Positions 16,457 to 25,456 of a stretch of 27,042 nucleotides of DNA are shown here, in pieces. The stretch is from a virus (Duplodnaviria; Heunggongvirae; Uroviricota; Caudoviricetes). The stretch is from the IMG/VR virus record IMGVR_UViG_2751185961_000011; one strand, given 5' to 3'. Numbering within the stretch: position 1 is the first letter of the stretch; each line of letters opens with the position of its first letter. The notes under the pieces were generated by a model that had not been told where the DNA came from, did no database searches, and saw nothing but the letters and a program-made list of their open reading frames with translations. The translations under genes and the position numbers were made by a program.

Positions 16457-17266
16457 ATGCTGACACCGGCACAACGATACCTTCAGCGCGCGATGGCGCA
16501 TCATCGGGCTGATCCATTCAATCGCGAAGAGCAGCGAACACGAACGGCACATGAACAGGTTCTTCACCAGTTACGCCTCGCACAGTTGCAGCTGAATGGC
16601 GTGCAGTCAAACATCGCGAAAGCGGAGCTGAAGAAGCACCTGATACCGAATTTTGAAGGCTGGATCGACGGCACACTGGCAGGCGACAGCGGACGCCAGG
16701 ACGAAGTCATTACCACCATGATGGTGTGGGCCATTGACTGCCGGGATTATCCGCTGGCGCTGCGTATCGGTGAGTACGTTATTCGTCACCGGCTGGCACT
16801 GCCGGACAACTTCGGGCGCGATGCGGCGACCGTACTCACCGAAGAAATTGCCGAAGTTGTGCTGACAGAAGCCGCCACCAACAGCGAAACCGACTTATCC
16901 GGCTATATCCGTATGCTGGACGAGCTGGATGCACTGGTTCACGACCAGGACATGCCGGATCAGGTTCGTGCAAAACTACATAAGGCGCGGGCATTTTCAC
17001 GGCGCGCATCAGGCAGTACGGAAGACATGACTGTGTCACTTGGTCTGCTGCGTGAAGCCATGCGCATTAATCCGGCAGCGGGCGTGAAGCGTGAAATCGC
17101 CACGCTGGCCAGAAAGGTATCAAAGGTTCAGCCGGAACCGGAAAAACCGGCAGAAGAGAAAAGTAAATCGAAAGCAACATCAGGGCGCAAAAAGCCGACT
17201 ACAAAAGCGACGGCCAGAAAAGCCACGAAAAAAACCGCCGCAAAACCGGCGCGCAAGGCGACCTGA
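16457..17266 (+). CDS. M: Terminase small (endonuclease) subunit (P2 gpM-like)
   Basis: 269 aa at the gpM position, with a Lys/Ala/Thr-rich basic C-terminal tail (KKPTTKATARKATKKTAAKPARKAT). Confidence 0.8.
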   Translation: MLTPAQRYLQRAMAHHRADPFNREEQRTRTAHEQVLHQLRLAQLQLNGVQSNIAKAELKKHLIPNFEGWIDGTLAGDSGRQDEVITTMMVWAIDCRDYPLALRIGEYVIRHRLALPDNFGRDAATVLTEEIAEVVLTEAATNSETDLSGYIRMLDELDALVHDQDMPDQVRAKLHKARAFSRRASGSTEDMTVSLGLLREAMRINPAAGVKREIATLARKVSKVQPEPEKPAEEKSKSKATSGRKKPTTKATARKATKKTAAKPARKAT

Positions 17267-17374
17267 TAACACCGGACCCGACCTCGTCGGCAGGCGGCGC
17301 GACCGGTGATCTGATCGCTGACTCCCGGTTATTTTCACCGGTCGCCCACCGCCTGATCTACAGGAGAAGACATC

Positions 17375-17869
17375 ATGAGCATGGTAGCCAGACCCCGTGT
17401 GAACGACGCCACGGATGACGCGACAGACACCGACGACGGAGAAGCGCGCATCAGTACAGACGCGTTCTGGCCGGATATCGTGCTGAAAGAGCTGCGCCTT
17501 GCCATGCGCATTCCCGGGCGCACCACCACCTCACGTCTGCTGCATTCGGCCACCGAAGCTGTGGCACATGTAACGGCAGAGCTTGACGCCTGGAAACAGA
17601 AACAGGAGGCGGCGGGACGGTCGACACTGGCGGACGTTCCGGCAGCACACATCAACGGTGAGAGCGTGAACGTGCACCGGTATCGACGCGCGGTGTATGC
17701 ACTGACCCGCGCGGGCGTTCTTGAGCGTTCGCGGGATGTGGACACCACCGACAAAGGTGATCGCCGGGCCGATGCGCTGGACATGCAGATTGAAGATATG
17801 TGGCGCGATGCACGCTGGGCAATATCCGATATTCGCGGCGTCAGACGGATTTATGCGGAGCTGATTTAA
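17375..17869 (+). CDS. L: Head completion/stabilisation protein (P2 gpL-like)
   Basis: 164 aa at the gpL position (P2 L is about 169 aa). Confidence 0.78.
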   Translation: MSMVARPRVNDATDDATDTDDGEARISTDAFWPDIVLKELRLAMRIPGRTTTSRLLHSATEAVAHVTAELDAWKQKQEAAGRSTLADVPAAHINGESVNVHRYRRAVYALTRAGVLERSRDVDTTDKGDRRADALDMQIEDMWRDARWAISDIRGVRRIYAELI

Positions 17870-18069
17870 TGAAGGTAACCGCGCATGACGGCGACACCGT
17901 TGACTTACTCTGCCAGCGTCATTACGGCATGACAAAGGGCGTGACAGAGCGCGTTCTGGCTGCCAATCCGGGGCTGAGTAACACGGTATTCCTCACTGCC
18001 GGGCAGGAAGTTGAATTACCGGAAATCACACAGGAAAAACAGCGCGAAACCGTTCAGTTGTGGGATTGA
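17869..18069 (+). CDS. X: Tail protein X (LysM-like small protein)
   Basis: 66 aa. ATG overlaps the L stop (TAATG). Size and position match P2 gpX (67 aa). Confidence 0.7.
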   Translation: MKVTAHDGDTVDLLCQRHYGMTKGVTERVLAANPGLSNTVFLTAGQEVELPEITQEKQRETVQLWD

Positions 18070-18071
18070 TT

Positions 18072-18362
18072 ATGTTTCAGAGAATTTACGACCACATTAC
18101 GTTTTTCACATCCGTCATGGTCACCGGTATAGGGGTTATGACGCTGAGCGAGAAGATGGCGCTGGCAGGACTGATTCTGGGGGCGCTTTCACTGCTGCGC
18201 GGATGGATGCACAGAACACGTATGGAGCAGGCACAGGAGCGGCGCAATGAGCTTATTGCACGCATTGCCGACCAGATGCAGCACCGACCACTAAAAGGCA
18301 GCGAGAAGCGCGCTCTGGAAGCCCTGAATGCAGACGGGGAATCACATGCCAGGACAGATTAA
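18072..18362 (+). CDS. Y: Holin (P2 gpY-like)
   Basis: About 96 aa with hydrophobic segments (FFTSVMVTGIGVM, LAGLILGALSLL) and a charged C-terminus, directly upstream of the endolysin. Confidence 0.65.
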   Translation: MFQRIYDHITFFTSVMVTGIGVMTLSEKMALAGLILGALSLLRGWMHRTRMEQAQERRNELIARIADQMQHRPLKGSEKRALEALNADGESHARTD

Positions 18363-18885
18363 ACGCTATGCCGTTGCCGCCATCGTGGCGCTGGGTTTTT
18401 CGCTGGCCCCCGGGGAGCTGAGAACCTCACAGGAGGCACAGGAAAAAATTGCCACCTGGGAAGAGTGTCGGGCATTCCCGTACAGGGATATCGCTGGCGT
18501 GAAAACAGTGGGTTGTGGCTCAACGGGAAACGTCCCCGACCGCCACCATACCAAACAGGAAGTTGCCGGTCGATGGGTGAACGATTTACGACGGGCGGAG
18601 AACTGCATCAATCAGAATTTCAATGGCCGCGACATGCCACAGCGCCACTTTGAGGCAATGACGGATGCTGCCTTTAATCTGGGGTGCAAAGGCCTGATGT
18701 GGTTTAAGGGGCGTGACGGGCGGATGCACAGAACAACCATCTGGAAGTACGCACAGAAGCGGAACTGGCACGCGATGTGTGGCAGGCTGACGGATTTTGT
18801 GAACAGCGACGGACGCTATTCACAGGGGCTGTTTAACCGACGCAATGACTTCAGAAACTGGTGTATGAACGGAGTGAAACAATGA
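18346..18885 (+). CDS. K: Endolysin, T4-lysozyme-like (GH24) with N-terminal SAR-like hydrophobic segment
   Basis: E-x8-D-x5-T catalytic spacing in WEECRAFPYRDIAGVKTVGCG. N-terminal YAVAAIVALGFSLAPG hydrophobic stretch. Start chosen at MPGQ (18346) rather than the ORF-track start at 18328. Confidence 0.8.
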   Translation: MPGQIKRYAVAAIVALGFSLAPGELRTSQEAQEKIATWEECRAFPYRDIAGVKTVGCGSTGNVPDRHHTKQEVAGRWVNDLRRAENCINQNFNGRDMPQRHFEAMTDAAFNLGCKGLMWFKGRDGRMHRTTIWKYAQKRNWHAMCGRLTDFVNSDGRYSQGLFNRRNDFRNWCMNGVKQ

Positions 18886-19316
18886 AAACGCCTGCCATGT
18901 TGCTCTGGTTTCTTGCCACCCTGGTGCTTTGTGGTCTGACAGGCTGGGAGGCATACCGCAAAGGGAAGGAAAGTCTCGGACGGGAACAGATGATGGACGT
19001 CATCGAGGACAACCGCGCCGCCATGCAGGAAGTTCGCCATGCATACACAGACTTTTCCAGGGTGATAAACGTGATCCGCATTCTGGACCAGCAACGGATC
19101 ACAGAAGGAGAGCAACGACGTGAAGAAATGCAAAAAGCCGTGCAGGGCGACACGTGTGCCAGCGCTTATCCTCCCGCTGCTGTTACTGAGCGGTTGCAGC
19201 AACACGCCGCACACGTTGAAAACCAGACTCGTTTACGAGCCGGTACCGGAAGCTCTGACGAGACAGACTCCCGTCCCCTTTCTGGAGCCCCCGGTGACCT
19301 GGTACCGAATCACTGA
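18882..19316 (+). CDS. lysB: Rz-like inner-membrane spanin (LysB-like)
   Basis: N-terminal TM segment MKTPAMLLWFLATLVLCGL, then a charged helical region. ATGA overlap with the endolysin stop. Contains the Rz1-like gene in another frame. Confidence 0.65.
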   Translation: MKTPAMLLWFLATLVLCGLTGWEAYRKGKESLGREQMMDVIEDNRAAMQEVRHAYTDFSRVINVIRILDQQRITEGEQRREEMQKAVQGDTCASAYPPAAVTERLQQHAAHVENQTRLRAGTGSSDETDSRPLSGAPGDLVPNH

Positions 19317-19431
19317 ATGGAGTGATCGGTTGCTGAATGCGCTGGATACGTGCAACACAGACAAAGCCGCAATCGCCTGGCTGGACAAACAAAGAGCAGA
19401 ACGGGCGCAAGATGCGCCCCATCAGGAGTAA
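19120..19431 (+). CDS. lysC: Rz1-like outer-membrane lipoprotein spanin (LysC-like)
   Basis: Signal peptide plus lipobox LLLSGC. Proline-rich mature part. Starts in the +1 frame inside lysB and extends beyond it. Confidence 0.7.
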   Translation: MKKCKKPCRATRVPALILPLLLLSGCSNTPHTLKTRLVYEPVPEALTRQTPVPFLEPPVTWYRITEWSDRLLNALDTCNTDKAAIAWLDKQRAERAQDAPHQE

Positions 19432-19434
19432 ACG

Positions 19435-21414
19435 ATGAGCAAAAAACACTTTGAACTGATTACTGCCACCAACCGCGCAGAATTCGCTGAAAAAGTTAAC
19501 AAGCGATTACAGGAAGGCTGGGAACTTCTCGGTAATGCCGGTATTGCATCAGAGCCGGGAGTCCCCTGGTATCTCATGCAGGCTATGGTTTCAGGCAGTG
19601 ATGACCAGGGAGGCACCATTATCACCCCGACATCCGACAGAGAACCGGAGTGGTATTACGTTGTGGTGAGCGCTGGTCAGTCCAACTCTATGGCATACGG
19701 TGAGGGGTTACCTCTCCCGGACAGTTACGATAAACCCGATTCGCGCATTCGCCAGCTGGCACGCCGCAGCACCGTAACCCCGGGCGGAAAAGCCTGTGCC
19801 TATAACGACATCATTCTGGCGGATCACTGCCTGCATGACGTGCAGAATATGAGCCAGTACAACCACCCGAAAGCCGACCTGAACAAAGGTCAGTATGGCT
19901 GTGTGAGTCAGGGATTGCACATTGCGAAGCGCCTGCTGCCATTTATCCCGGCAAATGCGGGGATCCTTCTGGTCCCATGCAGCCGTGGCGGTTCCGGCTT
20001 TACAACCGGTGATGCGGGGCAATTCAGCGAAATCGGCGGCGCAACTGAAAAATCCTGCCGCTGGGGAACGAACACGCCGCTGTACAAGGATTTAATCAGC
20101 CGCACAAAAGCAGCGCTGGCGAAAAATCCGAAAAACGTCCTGCTGGCCGTCTGCTGGACACAGGGCGAGGCAGATCTTGAGAAAGAACAAAACGCCGCAC
20201 AGCATAAAGATCTTTTCACAGCCATGGTGAAGCAGTTCCGGGCTGACCTGGTCGATGTTGCGAAGCAGTGCAACCAGGGCAACCAGGGCAACCCTGAAAG
20301 CGTGCCGTGGATTTGTGGAGATACCACCTACCACTGGAAAAAAACCTACGAAGCACAGTACGCAACCGTGTATGGCGGATACAAAAACAGCACTGAGAAA
20401 AATATTGTTTTTGTGCCTTTTGTTACGGATGAGTACGGGAAAAACACCCCAACAAACGAGCCGACAGAAGATCCGGATATTGCGGAAGCGGGTTATTACG
20501 GTGCCGCATCCCGCAGTAGCGGAAACTGGGTAAGCCATCTGCGTGGAACGCACTTCAGCTCATGGGCCCGCCGGGGCATTATTGCCGATCGCATGGCGTC
20601 AGCAATCCTGCTTAACGTCGGCCGCACGCTGCCATTTATTGCGGGTACAGAGCCGGAACGCGTGGCAAAACCATCACAGGATGCACCGGGCGGCATCAGT
20701 AAGCCATCTTCACCGGAAGCAGAACAACCGGCAGTCAGACCGGGGCCGGTCACGCTCATGAGTCTGCTGGCATCATCTCCTGAACTGGAAAGCCAGGGCT
20801 GGACGCTGAGCGAAGGCAAAAACGGGGCCAACACACCAAAACAACTGAAAGACACGCTGATCGGTGATGAGGAAGCAACAGGGAAAAAAGCCCTGAAACT
20901 GACCAAACAGGAAGGCAATACCTGGTATCTGGAGCATAAGGCCGGTAATGGTGCTGACCTTCTGAAAAATGGCGGGACTGTAAGTTGCCGATTCAAAATC
21001 GAGGGTGAGCTGAAAAAAGACCAGTACGCAATGGCGATGTACTGGAAAACATCAGCATTACCGCAGGATGTGAAATTACTGGGGGCAGATCCAAATAATT
21101 TATTGCTCTCATTCTTTCTTCAGACAGACAGCGCAAACCTGAATCTGATGTATCACAAAACGCCAAACGAACAACTGGGAACCTTTGGTCAGTTCAATAA
21201 CAACTGGCACACCATAGCGTTTCGTTTTGCGGGAAACAACAGCACCCAGGTAACACCGGTTCTGGATGGCGTGGACGGAAAACCGTTCATGCTTTCCACA
21301 TCAAAAGCCGATGTTACCAACGACACGTTACGCGTGACCGATATCACGTATCGGCCGACCTATACCGTACTGATTGACAGCCTGAGCGTTGTCGTAAATC
21401 AGCCACCGGCATAA
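19435..21414 (+). CDS. NanS-p-like protein: N-terminal DUF1737-like domain, SGNH-type sialate O-acetylesterase domain, C-terminal putative carbohydrate-binding domain
   Basis: 659 aa. SGNH block I motif in YYVVVSAGQSNSMAYGEG. N-terminal MSKKHFELITATNRAEFAEKVNKRLQEGWELLG resembles the DUF1737 leader of prophage NanS-p esterases. AGGAG RBS. Confidence 0.65.
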   Translation: MSKKHFELITATNRAEFAEKVNKRLQEGWELLGNAGIASEPGVPWYLMQAMVSGSDDQGGTIITPTSDREPEWYYVVVSAGQSNSMAYGEGLPLPDSYDKPDSRIRQLARRSTVTPGGKACAYNDIILADHCLHDVQNMSQYNHPKADLNKGQYGCVSQGLHIAKRLLPFIPANAGILLVPCSRGGSGFTTGDAGQFSEIGGATEKSCRWGTNTPLYKDLISRTKAALAKNPKNVLLAVCWTQGEADLEKEQNAAQHKDLFTAMVKQFRADLVDVAKQCNQGNQGNPESVPWICGDTTYHWKKTYEAQYATVYGGYKNSTEKNIVFVPFVTDEYGKNTPTNEPTEDPDIAEAGYYGAASRSSGNWVSHLRGTHFSSWARRGIIADRMASAILLNVGRTLPFIAGTEPERVAKPSQDAPGGISKPSSPEAEQPAVRPGPVTLMSLLASSPELESQGWTLSEGKNGANTPKQLKDTLIGDEEATGKKALKLTKQEGNTWYLEHKAGNGADLLKNGGTVSCRFKIEGELKKDQYAMAMYWKTSALPQDVKLLGADPNNLLLSFFLQTDSANLNLMYHKTPNEQLGTFGQFNNNWHTIAFRFAGNNSTQVTPVLDGVDGKPFMLSTSKADVTNDTLRVTDITYRPTYTVLIDSLSVVVNQPPA

Positions 21415-21419
21415 CAATG

Positions 21420-21443
21420 CTTCCCCGCCATCCGGCGGGGAAG
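21420..21443 (+). other. Hairpin immediately after the esterase stop
   Basis: CTTCCCCGCC (21420-21429), loop ATCC, GGCGGGGAAG (21434-21443). No T-run follows. Confidence 0.4.
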
Positions 21444-21479
21444 CTCGCTGACAACCGGGAAAATAAAAGGAGCAAGCCA

Positions 21480-21644
21480 TGGGATTTATTCATCAGATAA
21501 TGTTGTATTTCAGTACCGCCGTATCCCTTCTGTATCTGATCTCAGGGGGATATAAAGCCGTCCGCAATTTCTGGAACAAAAAGATAGATGAAGCAGCCGC
21601 CAGGAAATCAGCTGGCGGAGCGGTCAACGGGGTATTGCCATAAC
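21480..21644 (+). CDS. Small hydrophobic protein (54 aa)
   Basis: Own translation: MGFIHQIMLYFSTAVSLLYLISGGYKAVRNFWNKKIDEAAARKSAGGAVNGVLP. Strong RBS AAAGGAG 7 nt upstream. Below the cutoff of the supplied ORF track. Confidence 0.4.
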
Positions 21645-21685
21645 AACAGGCACAGCGCATCAGAACGGCACCACTGTCCACAGCA

Positions 21686-21718
21686 AAAGAAACAAAAAAC
21701 CCTCCGGTATACGGAGGG
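21686..21718 (-). terminator. Intrinsic-terminator-like hairpin with U-tract when read on the minus strand
   Basis: Stem CCCTCCG (21700-21706) / CGGAGGG (21712-21718), loop GTATA, flanked on the + strand by an A-rich run (21686-21699) that becomes a U-tract on the minus-strand transcript. Confidence 0.4.
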
Positions 21719-21815
21719 TGCAAGAGGGGAAAGGTGAGCAAGAAAGAACCCGAATTAAAAGCCATTTAATTTTGAGATTTTTAATTGCCACACGCAACAC
21801 GTTCTACGGTGTTTT

Positions 21816-22286
21816 ATGCTGAAACTGAATTCATTACGCGAAGCTCTGACCAGCAACTGCCGGTGGTGTAAGGCCAGCCCGGAAAAATTCACGGTATTCA
21901 TTGAATCGGGTGGCATTGAAACCACCGGTGAATCCCCCTCATTCCTGTACCGCTACAACCTGGTGTTGTTCGTCATGGACTTCACAGAAAGTATCGACAA
22001 CATCATGCTGCCGGTCATGGCGTGGCTCTACAGGAATCAGCCGGATCTTCTTCTCAATCCGGAGAAGAACAAAAGCATCAAATTTTCGACGGCCATCAAC
22101 GATGACGACAGTGCCGATATCCTGCTGGAAATCCCGGTATGGGAGCGCGTGATTGTGCGCCGTAATGACGACGGCACGGTGACGGCAGAGCACATCGGTG
22201 AGCCCCCGATAAGCCGGGCACTGGAAGCATGGCGCGTAGTGTTTGAAGACATGACGTGGCGAACCGGAACGGAGACCAGCACATGA
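21816..22286 (+). CDS. R: Tail completion protein (P2 gpR-like)
   Basis: 156 aa (P2 R is about 155 aa). Position before S and V. Confidence 0.72.
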   Translation: MLKLNSLREALTSNCRWCKASPEKFTVFIESGGIETTGESPSFLYRYNLVLFVMDFTESIDNIMLPVMAWLYRNQPDLLLNPEKNKSIKFSTAINDDDSADILLEIPVWERVIVRRNDDGTVTAEHIGEPPISRALEAWRVVFEDMTWRTGTETST

Positions 22287-22918
22287 GAGCGGACCGCGAA
22301 CTGGATGTCATCTTTCAGGATATTCTTTCCGGCCTGTCGGCAGCCGGAATTCAGCGCACGGCAATGAGCGTGGGTAAGGTCGTCCGACAGCTACAGACAA
22401 AACGCATCAGAAGCCAGGTATCCCCGGAAGGCCAGCCATGGGAGAAACGAAAACGCCGCATCATGCGCATACAAAAAGGCGTGAAGTTTATCTGGAAGGA
22501 CGGCCAGGTAAGAAACCTGAAAAACTGGAGCACGTCACAGGGATGTTTCGGGCAGAAAATCACCGGCTACGATACAGACGCCGGGGGGATCAGGACGTTT
22601 TACAAGGCAGACATCGGGGACTACCTGGAAATTAACACACAGCGCGTCGCAGCAAGAGCATCACGTCGCTCACCTATGTTCGAAAAGCTGAGAACAGCAC
22701 GCTTTCTGAGAATCATCCCCGACACAAACGGCGTAAGTGTCGGCTTTCAGGGCCGGGCCGCGCGTATTGCCAGAGTGCACCAGTTCGGTGAGGTGGGCCT
22801 GGTATCACCCGGGAACGCCACGAAATACCCCGTGCGCGAGCTGCTGGGCCTGAACGAAAAAGACAAACAGCAAATCACAGAAACCGTGATTGCCGGACTG
22901 GGGAAAGCAGCGAAATGA
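22283..22918 (+). CDS. S: Tail completion / virion morphogenesis protein (P2 gpS-like)
   Basis: ATG at 22283 overlaps the R stop (ATGA). 211 aa. Position between R and V. Confidence 0.72.
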   Translation: MRADRELDVIFQDILSGLSAAGIQRTAMSVGKVVRQLQTKRIRSQVSPEGQPWEKRKRRIMRIQKGVKFIWKDGQVRNLKNWSTSQGCFGQKITGYDTDAGGIRTFYKADIGDYLEINTQRVAARASRRSPMFEKLRTARFLRIIPDTNGVSVGFQGRAARIARVHQFGEVGLVSPGNATKYPVRELLGLNEKDKQQITETVIAGLGKAAK

Positions 22919-23496
22919 ACATCGAGCTTATGCGTCTGCTGGAAAACATTGTGCGGATTGGTGTGGTTACGGAAATCAACACCGACACCTGGGAGGTGCG
23001 TGTGCAGACCGGCGGCCTGACCACAAACTGGATCCGATGGAACAGCGGGCGGGCCGGAAAATTTAAAATCTGGATCCCCCCATCACCGGACGAACAGGTG
23101 TTTCTCCTATGCCCGGGCGGCAATCCGGAAACCGCAGTCAGCGCAGGAAGTCTGTACAGCAACGACAACCCGCCACCGGGATCGCTGGAAAACGAAATGG
23201 TCATTACCGCGCCGGACGGTGCGGAATTTCGCTATAACGCACAGGAAAGCAGCCTGACGGCCAGAGGTATAAAAACCGCAACCATTACGGCTGAAACCAG
23301 TATCACGCTGGACGCGCCAAAGGTGGAATGTACGCAGTTGCTGAAGACAAAGACATTCGAGCTGACCAGCGGCGGAACAATGAAAGGCAACGTGAAACAC
23401 AGTGGCGGCAGCCTCGAATCAAACGGCATCACCGTACACACCCACGTACACAGCGGAGTGAAGAGCGGTAGCGATACGAGCGGAGGCCCACAATGA
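22915..23496 (+). CDS. V: Baseplate spike / assembly protein V
   Basis: 193 aa at the gpV position. ATGA coupling to S. Confidence 0.82.
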   Translation: MNIELMRLLENIVRIGVVTEINTDTWEVRVQTGGLTTNWIRWNSGRAGKFKIWIPPSPDEQVFLLCPGGNPETAVSAGSLYSNDNPPPGSLENEMVITAPDGAEFRYNAQESSLTARGIKTATITAETSITLDAPKVECTQLLKTKTFELTSGGTMKGNVKHSGGSLESNGITVHTHVHSGVKSGSDTSGGPQ

Positions 23497-23861
23497 GTAC
23501 CGGCTACACAGGCATGAATCACGCAGGCTACGGAACGCTGACAGACATCGACCATCTGAACCAGTCAATCACGGATATTATCCTGACACCGGAAGGTTCG
23601 CGTGTTATGCGGCGCGAGTATGGCAGCAACCTGCCCGCTCTTCTTGACAGTCCGGCAAATGAAATAACCAGACTGCGCTGTATGAGTGCCGCCGTGATCG
23701 CCATTACACGATGGGAGCCACGCGTTGCCATAAACAGCGTGGACCTGACGTGGAGAAACAATGGCAGCGCAGTGTTATCCATGAGCTATCTGATTGTAAG
23801 CACCATGCAGAGCGCCAGTATTTCCGTTGATATACAGGGAGGGAAGGATGCCGACAATTGA
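23493..23861 (+). CDS. W: Baseplate assembly protein W (gp25-like)
   Basis: 122 aa (P2 W is about 115 aa). ATGA overlap with V. Confidence 0.8.
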   Translation: MSTGYTGMNHAGYGTLTDIDHLNQSITDIILTPEGSRVMRREYGSNLPALLDSPANEITRLRCMSAAVIAITRWEPRVAINSVDLTWRNNGSAVLSMSYLIVSTMQSASISVDIQGGKDADN

Positions 23862-24744
23862 TTTATCCCAGCTGCCGCAACCGGCGATCATTGAATCGCT
23901 GGATTATGAAGTGATTCTGGCACAGACAAAGACATTCATGATTAGCGTCTTTCCGGAAGCCATGCGCGATGAAGTGGCGGCAGCCCTTGAACTGGAGTCC
24001 GAACCACTGAACATCATCGCTCAGGCTATGGCATGGCGGGAGCTGTTACTGCGGCAGCGTATCAATGATGGCGCAGCGGCCTGTATGCTGAGTCATTCAT
24101 CAGGAAGCGATCTTGACAATCTGGGTGTAAACATGAATGTGCAGCGCCTGGTTATCACCGAAGCAACGGAGACCACACCGGCGGTAATGGAAAGTGACGC
24201 CGCGTTCCGGATGCGCATACAGAGCGCCTTTGAAGGGATGAGTGTTGCCGGGCCTTCCGGCTCATATGAGTATTTTGCACGCAGCGCAAGCGGAAAAGTG
24301 GCAGATGCCAGAGCAACCAGCCCGGCACCGGCGGAAGTTGTGGTTGCGCTCCTTTCAGCCGACGGAGACGGAACGGCGAACGAAGCACTGATTAACGAAG
24401 TGAAAGCCGTACTGAACGACGAAACAGTTCGCCCCGTGGCGGACAGACTGACGGTGAAAAGCGCGGAAATCATCAGCTACAAGATTGATGCGACACTCTA
24501 TTTTTACCCGGGGCCGGAATCAGAACCCATACTTCAGGCCGCACGGGCACAACTGGAGGCGTGGCTGGCAGAGCAGCGAAGAATTGGTCGTGACGTTGCC
24601 CGTTCAGCCATCATGGCGGCCCTGCATGTGCCCGGAGTTCAGCGGGTGGAGTTAACACAACCAGCGAAGGATCTGGTGATCAGCGAAACACAGGCGGCGC
24701 GATGCTCCGCCACAGAGATTCGCGCCGGGGGGACCGATGAGTAA
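23848..24744 (+). CDS. J: Baseplate assembly protein J
   Basis: Start chosen at MPTIDLSQLP, preceded by GGGAGGGAAGG. 298 aa (P2 J is about 302 aa). Confidence 0.85.
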   Translation: MPTIDLSQLPQPAIIESLDYEVILAQTKTFMISVFPEAMRDEVAAALELESEPLNIIAQAMAWRELLLRQRINDGAAACMLSHSSGSDLDNLGVNMNVQRLVITEATETTPAVMESDAAFRMRIQSAFEGMSVAGPSGSYEYFARSASGKVADARATSPAPAEVVVALLSADGDGTANEALINEVKAVLNDETVRPVADRLTVKSAEIISYKIDATLYFYPGPESEPILQAARAQLEAWLAEQRRIGRDVARSAIMAALHVPGVQRVELTQPAKDLVISETQAARCSATEIRAGGTDE

Positions 24745-25456
24745 AACGGTGCTTCCGCCGTCTGCCAGTGTTTTTCTGAAAACCGTTGATCGCTCCGGGG
24801 AAAAAATCAGCCAGCTGCCGGTGAAACTTAACACCCTGTGGAATGCGGACGAATGCCCTGAAGTACTGCTGCCATGGCTCGCATGGACGCTTTCAGTGGA
24901 CAGATGGGATAAGGCATGGACGGAAGAGACTCGCCGGGACGTTATACGCGAGTCGTGGATGGTTCACCGTCATAAGGGGACCATCAGCGCCATGAGAAGA
25001 GCTATTGCCCCGTTCGGCGCGCTGCTGAGCATTACAGAGTGGTGGGAAAACGGCGACCCTCCAGGCAGTTTTCGTCTCAACATCGATGTTACACATGCAG
25101 CCCTGACAGAGGCGACCTATCAGGAAATGGAGCGCATGATTGCGCTGGCGAAGCCGGTAAGCCGTCACCTGAAAGCACTGAGGCTGACATACATTGCAAA
25201 AGGGGAAGTCTTTACCGGGGCAGTGAGTCATAGCGGAGACATCATACAGGTATATCCGGACGCAACACTGCCGAACCCCTGCATTACCGGAGGAGAAATT
25301 TATTGTGCTGGCGCGATTTACGACAGTGACACAACCCGGGTTAAACCGGATACGGAGATACCGTCACCGTGCGCCGCACAAGCCGCTATCTGTATAGCCG
25401 GAACAACATACGACGGCACAACGACCATCGTAAAACCGGCACCGGAGGAACCATGA
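24737..25456 (+). CDS. I: Tail protein I (baseplate) with C-terminal Cys-containing tandem motif extension
   Basis: 239 aa at the gpI position. Overlaps the J stop. C-terminal extension beyond the roughly 176 aa recalled for P2 I. Confidence 0.78.
   Translation: MSKTVLPPSASVFLKTVDRSGEKISQLPVKLNTLWNADECPEVLLPWLAWTLSVDRWDKAWTEETRRDVIRESWMVHRHKGTISAMRRAIAPFGALLSITEWWENGDPPGSFRLNIDVTHAALTEATYQEMERMIALAKPVSRHLKALRLTYIAKGEVFTGAVSHSGDIIQVYPDATLPNPCITGGEIYCAGAIYDSDTTRVKPDTEIPSPCAAQAAICIAGTTYDGTTTIVKPAPEEP

Noticed and set aside
21493-21765. Minus-strand 90-aa ORF between the esterase gene and R
   Set aside because: Overlaps a + strand 54-codon ORF that has a strong AAAGGAG RBS, and would read through the terminator-like hairpin; the + strand small ORF is preferred.
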